A stretch of 64,000 bases of DNA from a bacterium (GTDB taxonomy: Bacteria > Bacteroidota > Ignavibacteria > UBA10030). A program made the position numbers and the translations under genes. Every line of letters begins with the position of its first letter. The stretch's first letter is position 1. The DNA is taken from the NCBI GenBank assembly GCA_043803945.1, contig JAZDJN010000104.1:70647-134646 (forward strand), in the 5' to 3' direction. The notes under the pieces were generated by a model. That model was not told the DNA's origin and did not search any database. It saw only the letters and a list, made by a program, of their open reading frames with translations. Positions 1 to 10,058 of the stretch are shown here, piece after piece.

Positions 1-771
1 ATCCCATACCCATTTAGCCTCGTAGGAATAAATTGGATTTGCCCCTTCGGGCAGTTCGTTGAAGTGAATTTCTATAATAGGCAGAACATGGAGGTCGCCA
101 TCGTTGCCGAGCAGCGCTACAGTAAATTCCCGTCCGCTGAGAAATTTTTCGACAAGAGCCGGTTCATGGTAGTTATTGAGTACCCGAGTTACCTGTTCAT
201 GCAGTTCAGCCTCATTTTTCACAACCGAGGCGTTAACGACACCTTTGCTCGATCCCTCATGTAATGGTTTGACGATACATGGGAATGGGATTGTGAACTC
301 TTGAAGCTCATCGATTCTTGTGATAATCCTGAACTCCGGGGTTGGAATGCGATGATGGGAGAGAATTTCTTTTGCACGGGATTTATCGAGACAAATTCCA
401 AGCGTCAGCGGATCGGATCCGGTGTAGGGGATTCCAAGCATATCGAGCATGGCGGGAATTTGTGCTTCACGGGAAGGACCGCGGAGTCCTTCTGCAATAT
501 TGAAGACAATATCTGGTTGAATCTGAAGAAACTTTTGGAAGGCATCCGTGTCAGCCTCGATCATTGTTACATCATGTTGCTCTTCGAGTGCGGCCTTAAC
601 GGCAAGGATGGTGTCTTCGGTATCCCATTCTGCATATGTGTCGTGGTTCGTCTTTTCTTGTTTCGTCGGTGACGATGTCGTGTGCGTACTATCCTCGTCA
701 TCGTTCAATCCATCGTTCGAACCATCGCCGACGCTGTCCTTTTTCATATTATAGACAAGCGCGACATTCAA
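1..771 (-). CDS. D-alanine--D-alanine ligase family ATP-grasp protein (3' end runs off window)
   Basis: Manual translation (absent from ORF track): MNVALVYNMKK...PDIVFNIAEGLRGPSREAQIPAMLDMLGIPYTGSDPLTLGICLDK...VKPLHEGSSKG...EKFLSGREFTVALLGN; TTG start at 771. Confidence 0.9.
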   Translation of the reverse strand, partial: MNVALVYNMKKDSVGDGSNDGLNDDEDSTHTTSSPTKQEKTNHDTYAEWDTEDTILAVKAALEEQHDVTMIEADTDAFQKFLQIQPDIVFNIAEGLRGPSREAQIPAMLDMLGIPYTGSDPLTLGICLDKSRAKEILSHHRIPTPEFRIITRIDELQEFTIPFPCIVKPLHEGSSKGVVNASVVKNEAELHEQVTRVLNNYHEPALVEKFLSGREFTVALLGNDGDLHVLPIIEIHFNELPEGANPIYSYEAKWVWD

Positions 772-856
772 GCGCGGTACCAAGAAGTGTGTTCAACCTT
801 TCAACTTGTGAGAGAATGCATGCTCATCGCCTCGATAACCATCAGGTGTTGATACA

Positions 857-884
857 AATATAATCATTTCTAGCACGTTGTCAA
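857..884 (-). promoter_or_regulatory. putative sigma70 promoter for ddl-like gene
   Basis: TTGACA-N16-TATATT on minus strand. Confidence 0.5.
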
Positions 885-1334
885 GCATTTGAACCTGTTT
901 TACTCACGATTTCTTCTCATGGAGGTGAAGAGCATGAGGAGGAATATTTTCATGCATGACATGGACGACGACACTCTACTTATTATTATTTTTTCTTCCC
1001 TTCCCTCTTGAACGAACAACGAAACAAAAATAGAAATTCTCTTTCTTCATTTGCTCTAATATTTTTTTTTCTTCACTGTCGTTTTTCCTTAGAGACTCAT
1101 TCATCGACGCAGCATGCGGAAGTCTCTTTGATAAAATATTTGATAGAGGGTACACTGCGATATGAGGATAGCCTGGAAAGACACCAGCAAGACAGAAGGT
1201 TCTTGCTGACGAATGGATTGATGATGCGTAGTCTGTGCGGTGTTCGGATAAATATTTAAGAATGGAAGAACGATGAGATGAAGTGCTGCTTACGGCGATC
1301 AGAAACAATCGATTTATAGCGATCCAGATGGAAA

Positions 1335-3533
1335 TTATCCGACTTCGCTGAGTGCGATCAATTCTCTATAGTACTGTTCAAACCGTGCTCTAATCCCCTG
1401 ATGCTCAGTTAATCGCAGGTGTGGATCCCGACTAACAAGAGCAAACGCTGCCTCACGTGCAGCAGCGAGAAGCTCACCATCTTCCGCAAGATTTGCAATC
1501 TTAAAAGCCGGTATTCCGCTTTGTTGTGTCCCGAAGAATTCTCCCGGGCCGCGTAACTGCAAATCAACCTCTGCGATGACAAATCCATCCGTTGTTTGCA
1601 CCATGGTCTCCAGACGCTTTCGTGAATTATGCTGCTCTTTGGAAAGTTCGCCACTGCTTAATCCTTTTACATGACTGGCAAACCATCCGTAGTTAGCAAT
1701 AAGAATGCAGTACGATTGGTCGGCGCCACGGCCAACCCTTCCTCGGAGTTGATGAAGCTGTGAGAGTCCAAACCGTTCTGCATTATCAATGATCATGATC
1801 GCTGCATTCGGAACATCGATGCCGACTTCAATCACCGTGGTAGAGACAAGGATAGGATATTCTCCCGCTTTGAATTGCATCATCACTTTCTCTTTTTCCT
1901 CGGACTTCATTCTCCCGTGCAGCAGTGCCAGGGTCAGGTCGGGGAACACGTCGCGCTGCAACCGCTCGTATTCCGCTGTAGCAGCTTTAAGGTCCAGCTT
2001 CTCCGATTCCTCAATCAGAGGAAACACGATATACGCCTGTCTCCCCTTTTTGATTTCCTCTCTGACAAACTCGAATACTTTTTCCTTCTGATGCTCCTGT
2101 CGCACTGCAGTTCTTATCGGTTTCCGGTTCGCAGGCATTTCATCAATGACAGAAACATCGAGGTCACCATAGAGCGTTAACGCCAGTGTCCGGGGAATCG
2201 GAGTGGCAGTCATCACCAGGACATCGGGATTCACTCCCTTTTCGCGCAACGATGCACGCTGCAGTACACCGAATCGGTGCTGCTCATCGATAACAATAAA
2301 ACCCAGATTTTCAAATTGAACATTCTCTTCTATAAGAGCATGTGTGCCAACCGCAATATGCACCCTTCCGCTGCGGATATCTTCCAGCACATCTTCCCGG
2401 AGCTTTTTCTTCTGGCCGCCGATCAATAAGCGAACATTGATGGGCAAGTTCTTCAGGTAGCCCGAGAGCGTGCGATAATGCTGTTCGGCAAGTATTTCGG
2501 TCGGTGCCATCAGGGCAACCTGGTAACCATGATCGACGGCAACGAGCATTGCAAGGAGTGCAACAATCGTCTTCCCGCTGCCGACATCGCCCTGCAGAAG
2601 GCGATTCATCGGTTTTGAAGATTTCATGTCGCCTGCGATTTCAATCAGCACCTTTCGCTGCGCCCGGGTTAAGGTAAAAGGCAAAGATTCCGATAATGTG
2701 CGTGCAAGTCTGCTTTCATGAGAAAAGGAAATGCCTTGTGTTGCCTCTCCCGCTTTTCGTTTTCGCAGTGCGAGCATCAATTGCAGAAAGAAGAGTTCAT
2801 CGAACTTGAGTCGGTTCCGCGCACTACTCAGGCTCGCTGCATCGTGTGGGAAATGAATATTCTGAAGAGCTTGCTGAAGAGAAACAAGATGATTCAGCGC
2901 GAGGATCGCCGCGGGAAGCGATTCTTCAACAAGATGAAGCTGACTCCGGAGTGCATTGCGAATGACACGCCGGAATCCCCTGCTATCCAGCCCGACCTTT
3001 CCGAGCTCTGCGGTGCTGGAATATTTCGGAATGATCGATCCGGTGTTGAAGAGATTCCCCCAATCCGGTTCATCTTCCTCCAGTCCGCCGCGCAGGCGAT
3101 CGAATTCAGGATGCGTAAATTGGATCCGTCCCAGCTTGTCATATTCCGAATATGCTGAGAGCGCGAGCAATTCGCCAACCTCAAAGGCGTCTTTATACCA
3201 TTGCACACCCTCAAACCAGACGCACGTGAGAAATCCGGATTGATCCTTTACGGTAAGAAAGAAAATCAGCCTGCGCGACTTCCGTGACCGTCGCATTTCC
3301 TGCTGGTGGACTTCACCAATGACGGTTACCGGGTGATCGGATTCAACATGCTTCGAGAGTTCACGGATTGTAACGATCTTGCTTCGATCGAGGTAATCGA
3401 ACGGAAAGTAGAAGAGCAGGTCACGCACATCTCGGATGCCTGACGCATCAAGCGCAGCCGCTCGTTTCGGCCCGATGCCTTTGATGTACTGAAGCGGCGG
3501 AGCGGGTTTTTGTTGATGTGGTGTGGATTTCAC
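1335..3533 (-). CDS. recG: ATP-dependent DNA helicase RecG
   Basis: LLQGDVGSGKT, DEQHRFG, MTATPIPRTL, QLRGRVGRG, DGFVIAEVDLQLRGPGEFFGTQQSG. Confidence 0.98.
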   Translation of the reverse strand: MKSTPHQQKPAPPLQYIKGIGPKRAAALDASGIRDVRDLLFYFPFDYLDRSKIVTIRELSKHVESDHPVTVIGEVHQQEMRRSRKSRRLIFFLTVKDQSGFLTCVWFEGVQWYKDAFEVGELLALSAYSEYDKLGRIQFTHPEFDRLRGGLEEDEPDWGNLFNTGSIIPKYSSTAELGKVGLDSRGFRRVIRNALRSQLHLVEESLPAAILALNHLVSLQQALQNIHFPHDAASLSSARNRLKFDELFFLQLMLALRKRKAGEATQGISFSHESRLARTLSESLPFTLTRAQRKVLIEIAGDMKSSKPMNRLLQGDVGSGKTIVALLAMLVAVDHGYQVALMAPTEILAEQHYRTLSGYLKNLPINVRLLIGGQKKKLREDVLEDIRSGRVHIAVGTHALIEENVQFENLGFIVIDEQHRFGVLQRASLREKGVNPDVLVMTATPIPRTLALTLYGDLDVSVIDEMPANRKPIRTAVRQEHQKEKVFEFVREEIKKGRQAYIVFPLIEESEKLDLKAATAEYERLQRDVFPDLTLALLHGRMKSEEKEKVMMQFKAGEYPILVSTTVIEVGIDVPNAAIMIIDNAERFGLSQLHQLRGRVGRGADQSYCILIANYGWFASHVKGLSSGELSKEQHNSRKRLETMVQTTDGFVIAEVDLQLRGPGEFFGTQQSGIPAFKIANLAEDGELLAAAREAAFALVSRDPHLRLTEHQGIRARFEQYYRELIALSEVG

Positions 3534-3574
3534 GGAAGAGAAAGAGGTTTTGGGTTTAAGGTTATTAGTTTTCG

Positions 3575-4585
3575 TCAGTTCGGAATAATTAATCTATACA
3601 GCACTGCGTCGGATCTAGAAAGTCCAAAAAATGATTTCTTCATGGGGTCAAATGAAAAGCTTGTCAAAAAGAAAGTTTTATTATAGTTCTTTACCTCAAT
3701 TTTATAATGAGTCACGATCAAACCAGATAAAGGATCCAACTTATAGAAATAATCCTTAAATCCTATATACATTGATACGCCATCATCAGAAGCAAAGTCA
3801 TATGAATATACCCATTGTCTATACCGACCTTTTTCATCAACCGGCTTTTCCAACTTCTCTGTTTCATAAATTTCCGGACCATCAAGCTTACGTTCAAAGA
3901 GCAGATTTCCATCATTACTATATTTTCTAATAAGTGGCTTATATTTAAATCCCACCCAGAGATTATTATTTTGATCACATTTAAGAAACGCGACGTTCCA
4001 TGTAATTCGGACTCCTTTGTTTTCATGATAATTGGGTTTGCCAAATGAAAACAATTCATTTCCCTCCTCCGAATAAACGGTGATAAGGCTATCTGTCCTC
4101 GTTGTGGTAACAAAAACATACCCACGTTTATCTACAGCGATATGGATATCTTCAAACACTTGACCTAATGCTATCATCCTGGAATATTTTCCATTTTCAT
4201 CAAAAATAGTAACACGGCGTCCAGTTAGATCGGCGACATAGAGATTTCCCTTCAAGTTAACATCAATATCTACTGGATATGAAAATTCACCAGATCGACC
4301 ATATTCTTCGATAAATTTTAATTCTTGATCATATTTCATCACTCGGTTGTTTTCTATGTCTAAAACGTAATAATTACCTTTCGCATCTATTCTAATCTTT
4401 ATTGGTTTAGTAAAGATATAATGAGGATCTGCTTCTTTAATACCTGGTCCTAACAATATTTCATACTTGACAATTTTCTTCGGGTAATCCTGGGCAAATA
4501 ATACTCCGCTTGTTAGAAGCAGAATACATAAGAAATATCCAAATCTAATACTAGTAAAGGCCGTTAAATTATTCGGGTTTTTCAT
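3575..4585 (-). CDS. secreted NHL-repeat / 6-bladed beta-propeller protein
   Basis: Signal peptide; NHL-like repeats (GNYYVLDIENNRVMKYD, FSYPVDIDVNLKGNLYVAD); visibly AT-rich relative to flanks; GGAGG RBS. Confidence 0.8.
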   Translation of the reverse strand: MKNPNNLTAFTSIRFGYFLCILLLTSGVLFAQDYPKKIVKYEILLGPGIKEADPHYIFTKPIKIRIDAKGNYYVLDIENNRVMKYDQELKFIEEYGRSGEFSYPVDIDVNLKGNLYVADLTGRRVTIFDENGKYSRMIALGQVFEDIHIAVDKRGYVFVTTTRTDSLITVYSEEGNELFSFGKPNYHENKGVRITWNVAFLKCDQNNNLWVGFKYKPLIRKYSNDGNLLFERKLDGPEIYETEKLEKPVDEKGRYRQWVYSYDFASDDGVSMYIGFKDYFYKLDPLSGLIVTHYKIEVKNYNKTFFLTSFSFDPMKKSFFGLSRSDAVLYRLIIPN

Positions 4586-4844
4586 ATTCCCTCCTTTTTA
4601 CTCGAAATAGAATTTCAGAACCATACCTTCGGAGTTGAATCGATTGCAATGCTATTGATTCTATTTCTATTATATATTTTGTCTATCCTATACGAACAGG
4701 CGGAAAGTTGAAAAATTTAGAAGATATAACCTTATCATCGAAAAACGACTTCAAGAGTATTACTATTGTTGTTTATTTTCTTCTACTGTCTGCCGTCTGC
4801 GTACTGCTCTCTCCTCTCCCTTTTTCCTTTTTACTTGATACTTA

Positions 4845-6500
4845 CTACTTTTCAAACACCACCTTCCCTCCTACAACAGTCATTTCAATACGGGCGGTTT
4901 CAATCTTGATCGGATCTATCGTCAGGATATCGTCTGAGAGAACCACCAGGTCCGCAAGCTTACCGACGGTAATTGACCCTTTCTCATTCTCTTCAAACTG
5001 TGCATAGGCATTGTTAATAGTATAGCACTCGATCGCCTGCTCGACAGAAATTTTCTGTTCGGGATACCATCCATTTGGATTTGCTCCATCGGTAGTCCTT
5101 CTGGTAACAGCAGCATAGATGCCAAGCAAGGGATTAAGCGGAGCAACTGTCCAGTCACTGCCAAAACATATTTTGACACCTTGCTCGATGAAAGTCTTAA
5201 AGGGATAGGTTGTCTTACAGCGTTCGCTGCCAATGCGTTTGATCACCCATCGTCCGTCATCGATGGCATGGTATGGTTGAACCGACGCAATGACTCCAAG
5301 TTTAACGAAGCGAGCAAAGTCCTTCGGGTGAATATGCTGTGCATGCTCAATCCGGAACCGGCGATCCCATGCAGGGTTTGCCTTCACAATGTTTTCGAAG
5401 ATGTCGAGCAGATCACTGTTCGCTTTATCTCCAATGGCATGAATTGAAAGCTGTAGATTTGCTCTATCCGCGGCAAGAGCCCACTTTTCCAGATTACCGT
5501 TTGTAAATCCATCCATTGTTAAGCCGCTCGTGCTCGGATCGGAATCGTAGGGCGCAAAGAATAAAGCGGTGGTAGAACCGACGGATCCATCGACAAAGTC
5601 TTTCATAGAACCAAGACGGATCCATTCATCGCCGAACGGCACTTTTATTCCGGTTGCGGCTACATGCTGCCATTGCGAGAGCGGCAGTCGGCAATGAAAA
5701 CGTGCAGTCAATGCTCCCTCTGCTTTTAGTGCCTGATAGACGCGGACATCTGCTGCTGAGGAGACATCGTTGATGCTAGTGACGCCGAACTTCCTCGCTT
5801 CGGCAAGCCCAAGTTTTACCGCTTCAATCATTTCTTTTTCTGTGGGATCCGGGATAAGCTTGTAAACAAAGCTCATCGCTTCATCTTTCAGAATCCCTGT
5901 CGGCTCACCTGTGGCCGGATCTTTCACGATTGTCCCGCCCGGAGGATTGGGAGTATCTTTTGTAATGCCTGCTATCTTCAGCACGTAGCTGTTAACGAGC
6001 GCCATATGCCAATCGTACCTCTTGACGAACATCGGTGTCGATGGTGTCACCTTATCGATGGCCTCTTTTGTGGGAAGATTGGCTCCAGCCCAATTCTCAT
6101 GATCCCAATCTCCACCGAGAATCCATTGTGTCGGCGATTGTTTGGCGCGCTTCTCAATGATGGAAGAAAATTCAGCAAGGGTTTTCGTTTTTCTCAGGTC
6201 GACATAGCTGAGCTGGAAGCTGCCCTCGATAAAATGCGTATGGTCGTCGATGACGCCGGGAAGCATGAGTTTACCTTTAAGATCAACAACCTTGGTTCCC
6301 TTTCCGATGAAGGCCTTGATTTGCGCGGTCGTGCCAATTGCAACGATGCGATCACCAGAGACTGCAACCGCTTGAACGATCTGTTTGGATTTATCGACTG
6401 TCCAGATCTTTCCATTGACAAAGGCAAGATCGGCTGATTGTGAATACAGAGTGTCCATAGTGAGAAGGAATAGTCCGATGAATGGAAGAAGAATTCGCAT
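4845..6500 (-). CDS. amidohydrolase family protein (YtcJ-like, Amidohydro_3)
   Basis: LPGVIDDHTH, SIHAIGDKAN, RFRIEHAQ, FGSDWTV, GSITVGKLADLVVL; likely start MRILLPF with signal peptide. Confidence 0.92.
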   Translation of the reverse strand: MRILLPFIGLFLLTMDTLYSQSADLAFVNGKIWTVDKSKQIVQAVAVSGDRIVAIGTTAQIKAFIGKGTKVVDLKGKLMLPGVIDDHTHFIEGSFQLSYVDLRKTKTLAEFSSIIEKRAKQSPTQWILGGDWDHENWAGANLPTKEAIDKVTPSTPMFVKRYDWHMALVNSYVLKIAGITKDTPNPPGGTIVKDPATGEPTGILKDEAMSFVYKLIPDPTEKEMIEAVKLGLAEARKFGVTSINDVSSAADVRVYQALKAEGALTARFHCRLPLSQWQHVAATGIKVPFGDEWIRLGSMKDFVDGSVGSTTALFFAPYDSDPSTSGLTMDGFTNGNLEKWALAADRANLQLSIHAIGDKANSDLLDIFENIVKANPAWDRRFRIEHAQHIHPKDFARFVKLGVIASVQPYHAIDDGRWVIKRIGSERCKTTYPFKTFIEQGVKICFGSDWTVAPLNPLLGIYAAVTRRTTDGANPNGWYPEQKISVEQAIECYTINNAYAQFEENEKGSITVGKLADLVVLSDDILTIDPIKIETARIEMTVVGGKVVFEK

Positions 6501-6823
6501 GCAGACTCCACAAATAGTAAAAGTTATCGAGCGAGAGTTACTGCTTGAGAGCAGAGGCAAGATAGGGAAAGGGTGGGTGAATTTCAAATTGAAACGAACC
6601 ATCATGCTTGATTCTAATTAGCACAATGCTATATTGCTTTCATCTTTTTAATAAATGCCATTCAACAATTGATCAGACAATAATTAACTAGGCATAGTCT
6701 TGACCAGCACTCATCAGAGAACTTGAAAAAAGGAATCACAGAATCAGAGAACGCAGGCGACGCGGTCATTCGTGCTCCCGACTCTGTTGTTAACTCCATA
6801 CGATTTTAAGGCCATACCATTCT

Positions 6824-8725
6824 ATGAAAAACTGCATTGATTGCATTGTTAAGCCTTTAAGTGCCAAGATTTCCGATTTTCCGCTACTGATCGAGGCAAA
6901 ATCCGCTGGCGATGCAACGAACACAAACAAACGTAGGAAGGAAGAGGCGCAGAAGATTCACCAGTTACGGGAGCAATATGGTACTTCTGTGAAGTTTCTG
7001 CTCTACCTGTGTGGATACTTTGAGCCTGGTTATCTGGGATACGAGGCAGCAGAAGGTATTGATTGGGTATGGGAACACCGGACTGGCGATTTTGATTCGC
7101 TGCTAACTCCACAGGATAAAAAAAAAGGCCAAACAGTACGTGATGCACTCGGAGACTATGTAGCCACAGAAAGTCAGTCCAAGGAATATCATCGGGCTAA
7201 TGCCCAAAGCCAAGCGGACTCGCTCAAGAGTGCTGTGGAACGCAACAGGTTAGGCCAGTTCTCCACTCCATTTCCTGTGGCATATGAAATGGTCGCGCGA
7301 ACGCTAAAATCGTTTCCGGACAATGTCCCCATTGTTTTTCTTGAACCAGCCGTAGGTTCTGGTGTTTTTTTTAGTGCACTTCTATGCAACACAAGCCGGT
7401 CACGGATCGAATCTGCCATTGGATGCGAGATTGATCCAGCTTATGGAAATATTGCCAGGGCTATTTGGGAATCCTCCGGCCTTCAAGTTCTCGTTTGCGA
7501 CTTTATCAGGTTTGCCTCTGATCCGGCTAACTTCGGAAGGTTCTCACTATTATGTACCAATCCACCGTACGTCAGACATCACCACCTTCAGCCCGAACAG
7601 AAGGTACGTCTTCAGTCTCTAGTGATGCAACGACTCGGACTTCAAGCAAGTGGTCTCTCTGGTCTTTATGTTTACTTTGTTCTTCTTGCCGACGCGCTTT
7701 TAGCAGAAGACGCAGTGGCATCATGGCTTCTTCCCGCAGAGTTCCTTTATGTTAACTATGGACGTGTCCTTCGAGATTACTTGACCTCCCGCGTTACTCT
7801 TCTCTCGATCCACCATTTCGATCCTGACACCGTCCAATTTGACGATGCTCTCGTTTCATCATGCATCGTGACGTACCGGAAAACGCTCCCGTCGCGAGAA
7901 TCAACTTGTGAGATGTCGTATGGTGAAAAGTTCCACGATCCCCAACAAAAGAAGACTATTCCTTTTTCGGAGCTCCGTACTCTCAATAAGTGGACAATGT
8001 CGCACTTCGGAGGAGATACAGCACCTTCGGATACTCTGCGCCTCAAGGATTTGTTTTCCGTACGTCGTGGCATAGCAACCGGTGCAAATAAATTCTTCAT
8101 TATCGACCGTGAAACAGCTATGCAATACGACATCCCGGAAGCCTATTTGAAACCCATTCTCCCAAGCCCACGCTTAATACGGGGAACAGTGATTGAGTCC
8201 AATGGTGATGGATTACCGAAGGTCGCGGATATTCGCTATTTATTGGATTGCTCCATCCCGCCAGACCAAGTGAGGGAGCGACATCCCCGTCTGTGGGCTT
8301 ATCTTCAGGAAGGCATTGCTATAGGCATTCCACAAGGTTACCTCTGCTCTCAGCGGGAAGTGTGGTACTATCAAGAGAGACGAAATCCGTCTCCTTTCCT
8401 ATCATCGTACATGGGAAGGGCAAATGGTGGTCGAGAATGTCCAATCAGATTCTTTGTGAACTTCTCGTCTGCCATCGTAACAAATGTCTTCTTAAACCTT
8501 TACCCCAACCCTGAATTCGAAGAGTGCCTCCATGGTGACCGTGAGAGGATGCTTGAGTTCGGACATTTACTGAACAGCATACCGACAGAGTGTGTACTCC
8601 AAGCCGGACGTGCCTATGGAGGTGGATTGCATAAGATTGAGCCGAAGGAACTGCTCGAAGTACGACTGCCATACGCGCCCACTTGGCTGGAGGGAGCAGT
8701 CAAAAAACAGTTGATTCTGATATAA
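6824..8725 (+). CDS. C-terminal fragment of XamI-family restriction endonuclease fused in frame to an N6-adenine DNA methyltransferase
   Basis: First ~90 aa LLIEAKSAGDATNTNKRRKEEAQK...GYLGYEAAEGIDWVWEHR match the XamI-type REase C-terminus; then GQFSTP, EPAVGSGVF, TNPPY, YGGGLHKIEPKEL of a gamma-class MTase. Confidence 0.85.
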   Translation: MKNCIDCIVKPLSAKISDFPLLIEAKSAGDATNTNKRRKEEAQKIHQLREQYGTSVKFLLYLCGYFEPGYLGYEAAEGIDWVWEHRTGDFDSLLTPQDKKKGQTVRDALGDYVATESQSKEYHRANAQSQADSLKSAVERNRLGQFSTPFPVAYEMVARTLKSFPDNVPIVFLEPAVGSGVFFSALLCNTSRSRIESAIGCEIDPAYGNIARAIWESSGLQVLVCDFIRFASDPANFGRFSLLCTNPPYVRHHHLQPEQKVRLQSLVMQRLGLQASGLSGLYVYFVLLADALLAEDAVASWLLPAEFLYVNYGRVLRDYLTSRVTLLSIHHFDPDTVQFDDALVSSCIVTYRKTLPSRESTCEMSYGEKFHDPQQKKTIPFSELRTLNKWTMSHFGGDTAPSDTLRLKDLFSVRRGIATGANKFFIIDRETAMQYDIPEAYLKPILPSPRLIRGTVIESNGDGLPKVADIRYLLDCSIPPDQVRERHPRLWAYLQEGIAIGIPQGYLCSQREVWYYQERRNPSPFLSSYMGRANGGRECPIRFFVNFSSAIVTNVFLNLYPNPEFEECLHGDRERMLEFGHLLNSIPTECVLQAGRAYGGGLHKIEPKELLEVRLPYAPTWLEGAVKKQLILI

Positions 8726-8729
8726 GACT

Positions 8730-8779
8730 GTCCTAACAAGACAAGGGCTTACAGTTGCGCTTGGGTGATAATGTTATGC
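8730..8779 (+). repeat. shortened attC-like site
   Basis: GTCCTAAC 5 nt after the MTase stop and GTTATGC (GTTRRRY-like) at 8773; only ~50 bp, L boxes unclear. Confidence 0.45.
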
Positions 8780-8917
8780 GGTTGATCGAATGCTACTACT
8801 AAGAATATTGGGTGAGAAATCAGATCTCTTCTCCCAAACGATTGTGAATAATTCAGGGTGGATTGAAAATTTTGGAAAAAATGTATTTATGTTGCCATAC
8901 GTGTCGACGATATTTTT

Positions 8918-9211
8918 ATGTCGGAGACTTCCATTCAGCCGCAGGAAATCGATTCGCTGATCACTGTGCTGAACCGTCAGGGTGCAACATTACAATTAGC
9001 AGTAATACCGCGTCGGCTGATAGAACAGCAAAATGCAAACGGCAAGATGAAAAACGATCTGATCAACGATGATTGCACCCTGCGGGATGAACTGCGGCCA
9101 CATCAGGAGCCTGAACGAGATCTTCCAACAAGTACGTGCATGGATGCTTGCGCCGCTGAAGCGCGAGTCGTTCAGCATCTGCTTGAAAAGGTAAAGAAGA
9201 AAAAGACATGA
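8918..9211 (+). CDS. hypothetical protein (97 aa)
   Basis: ORF whose stop overlaps the next ATG (ATGA coupling). Confidence 0.5.
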   Translation: MSETSIQPQEIDSLITVLNRQGATLQLAVIPRRLIEQQNANGKMKNDLINDDCTLRDELRPHQEPERDLPTSTCMDACAAEARVVQHLLEKVKKKKT

Positions 9212-9742
9212 ATCGAAGGCAATTTTCCAAGACGCTTGGCATAGGGGGTTTGGCGTTAGGAATGAACAGGACAGTTCCACTGTTTGCTGATGAAATGCCG
9301 CAGATTGCAATTACAATCGATGACCTCAATTTGTTCGGCGCATCCCAATCAGTTGCAAAGCAACGCAATCGTGCGCTGCTTAACGCCTTGCATGAGCACT
9401 CCAACTTGAAAGCCGCTGCGTTCATATGCGGCAAGAACATTGACAACGAAATAGGTCGAAGCCTTGTGAAGGAGTGGGGCAACGCTGGGCACCTCATCGC
9501 TAATCATACCTATTCACATTGGTATTACCCCAATTATAGCTTTGAGGATTACACGCAAGATTTTCTTCGCCCAAGATGCTTTTACAGATTCTGTTTTTTC
9601 TGCTGCCCCCAATATAGTGCCTGCGGGGGAAAACATCATCTGGGCTCTGGCAAAAGAGTCTAGAAAGTTCGACGAACTATTGCGTTATCCAGGCGAAGAT
9701 GGGGAGTATGAAAAGCCTAAAATGGATAAGCTTGGTCTATAA
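9208..9742 (+). pseudogene. polysaccharide deacetylase (NodB-type) with internal deletion and frameshift
   Basis: Tat-like MNRRQF signal, IAITIDDL and LIANHTYSH motifs; frame breaks near 9570; the family C-terminus (PAGENIIWALAKE...LRYPGEDGEYEKPKMDKLGL) is in another frame and the central part is missing. Confidence 0.8.
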
Positions 9743-10003
9743 ATAGAGCAACCACAATCGGCAAGCCATCAAGATGAACAAACGACTCTGCTGGGATGCG
9801 AACAATATTATACTTCGAGTGTTTGGCAGTAGTGATGCCGTCCAGGTTGAATTTGCGAAGGGCTCGTTGGAAACAGCCGGACTTCATCCGTTCATCTTTT
9901 CACGTAAGGCAAGTCCAATTTCGATTGGCGGTCTCGACTACACATTGGAAAAGCCAAAGCAGGCAATCATACATGCGGTCACTATTAAATCAATTAGTAC
10001 GTC

Positions 10004-10031
10004 GTGCGCAGCTTAACCGCGTCCGTAAAGC
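10004..10031 (+). repeat. eroded attC right half
   Basis: GTGCGCAGCTTAACCGCGTCCGTAAAGC resembles the GCAGCTTA...CGTTAG ends of the other attC sites; R' mutated. Confidence 0.4.
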
Positions 10032-10058
10032 AGCCACCCTTTTAAAGGAGAAAATCCA

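Noticed and set aside
1008-1259. 83-aa ORF or possible riboswitch upstream of the ddl-like gene
   Set aside because: No recognisable motif or RBS; the single CAGCAAGA/TCTTGCTG hairpin fits no riboswitch consensus I can verify
6501-6605. N-terminal extensions in the ORF track (also 22743-22928, 36094-36156, 37671-37763)
   Set aside because: Downstream Met codons give proper signal peptides, mostly with an RBS; the extensions look non-coding
6606-6823. Possible attI/intI remnant
   Set aside because: No tyrosine-recombinase motifs in frames I could read and no convincing attI
9774-10016. 80-aa ORF between cassettes
   Set aside because: Runs into an attC remnant, no RBS or motif; probably decayed sequence
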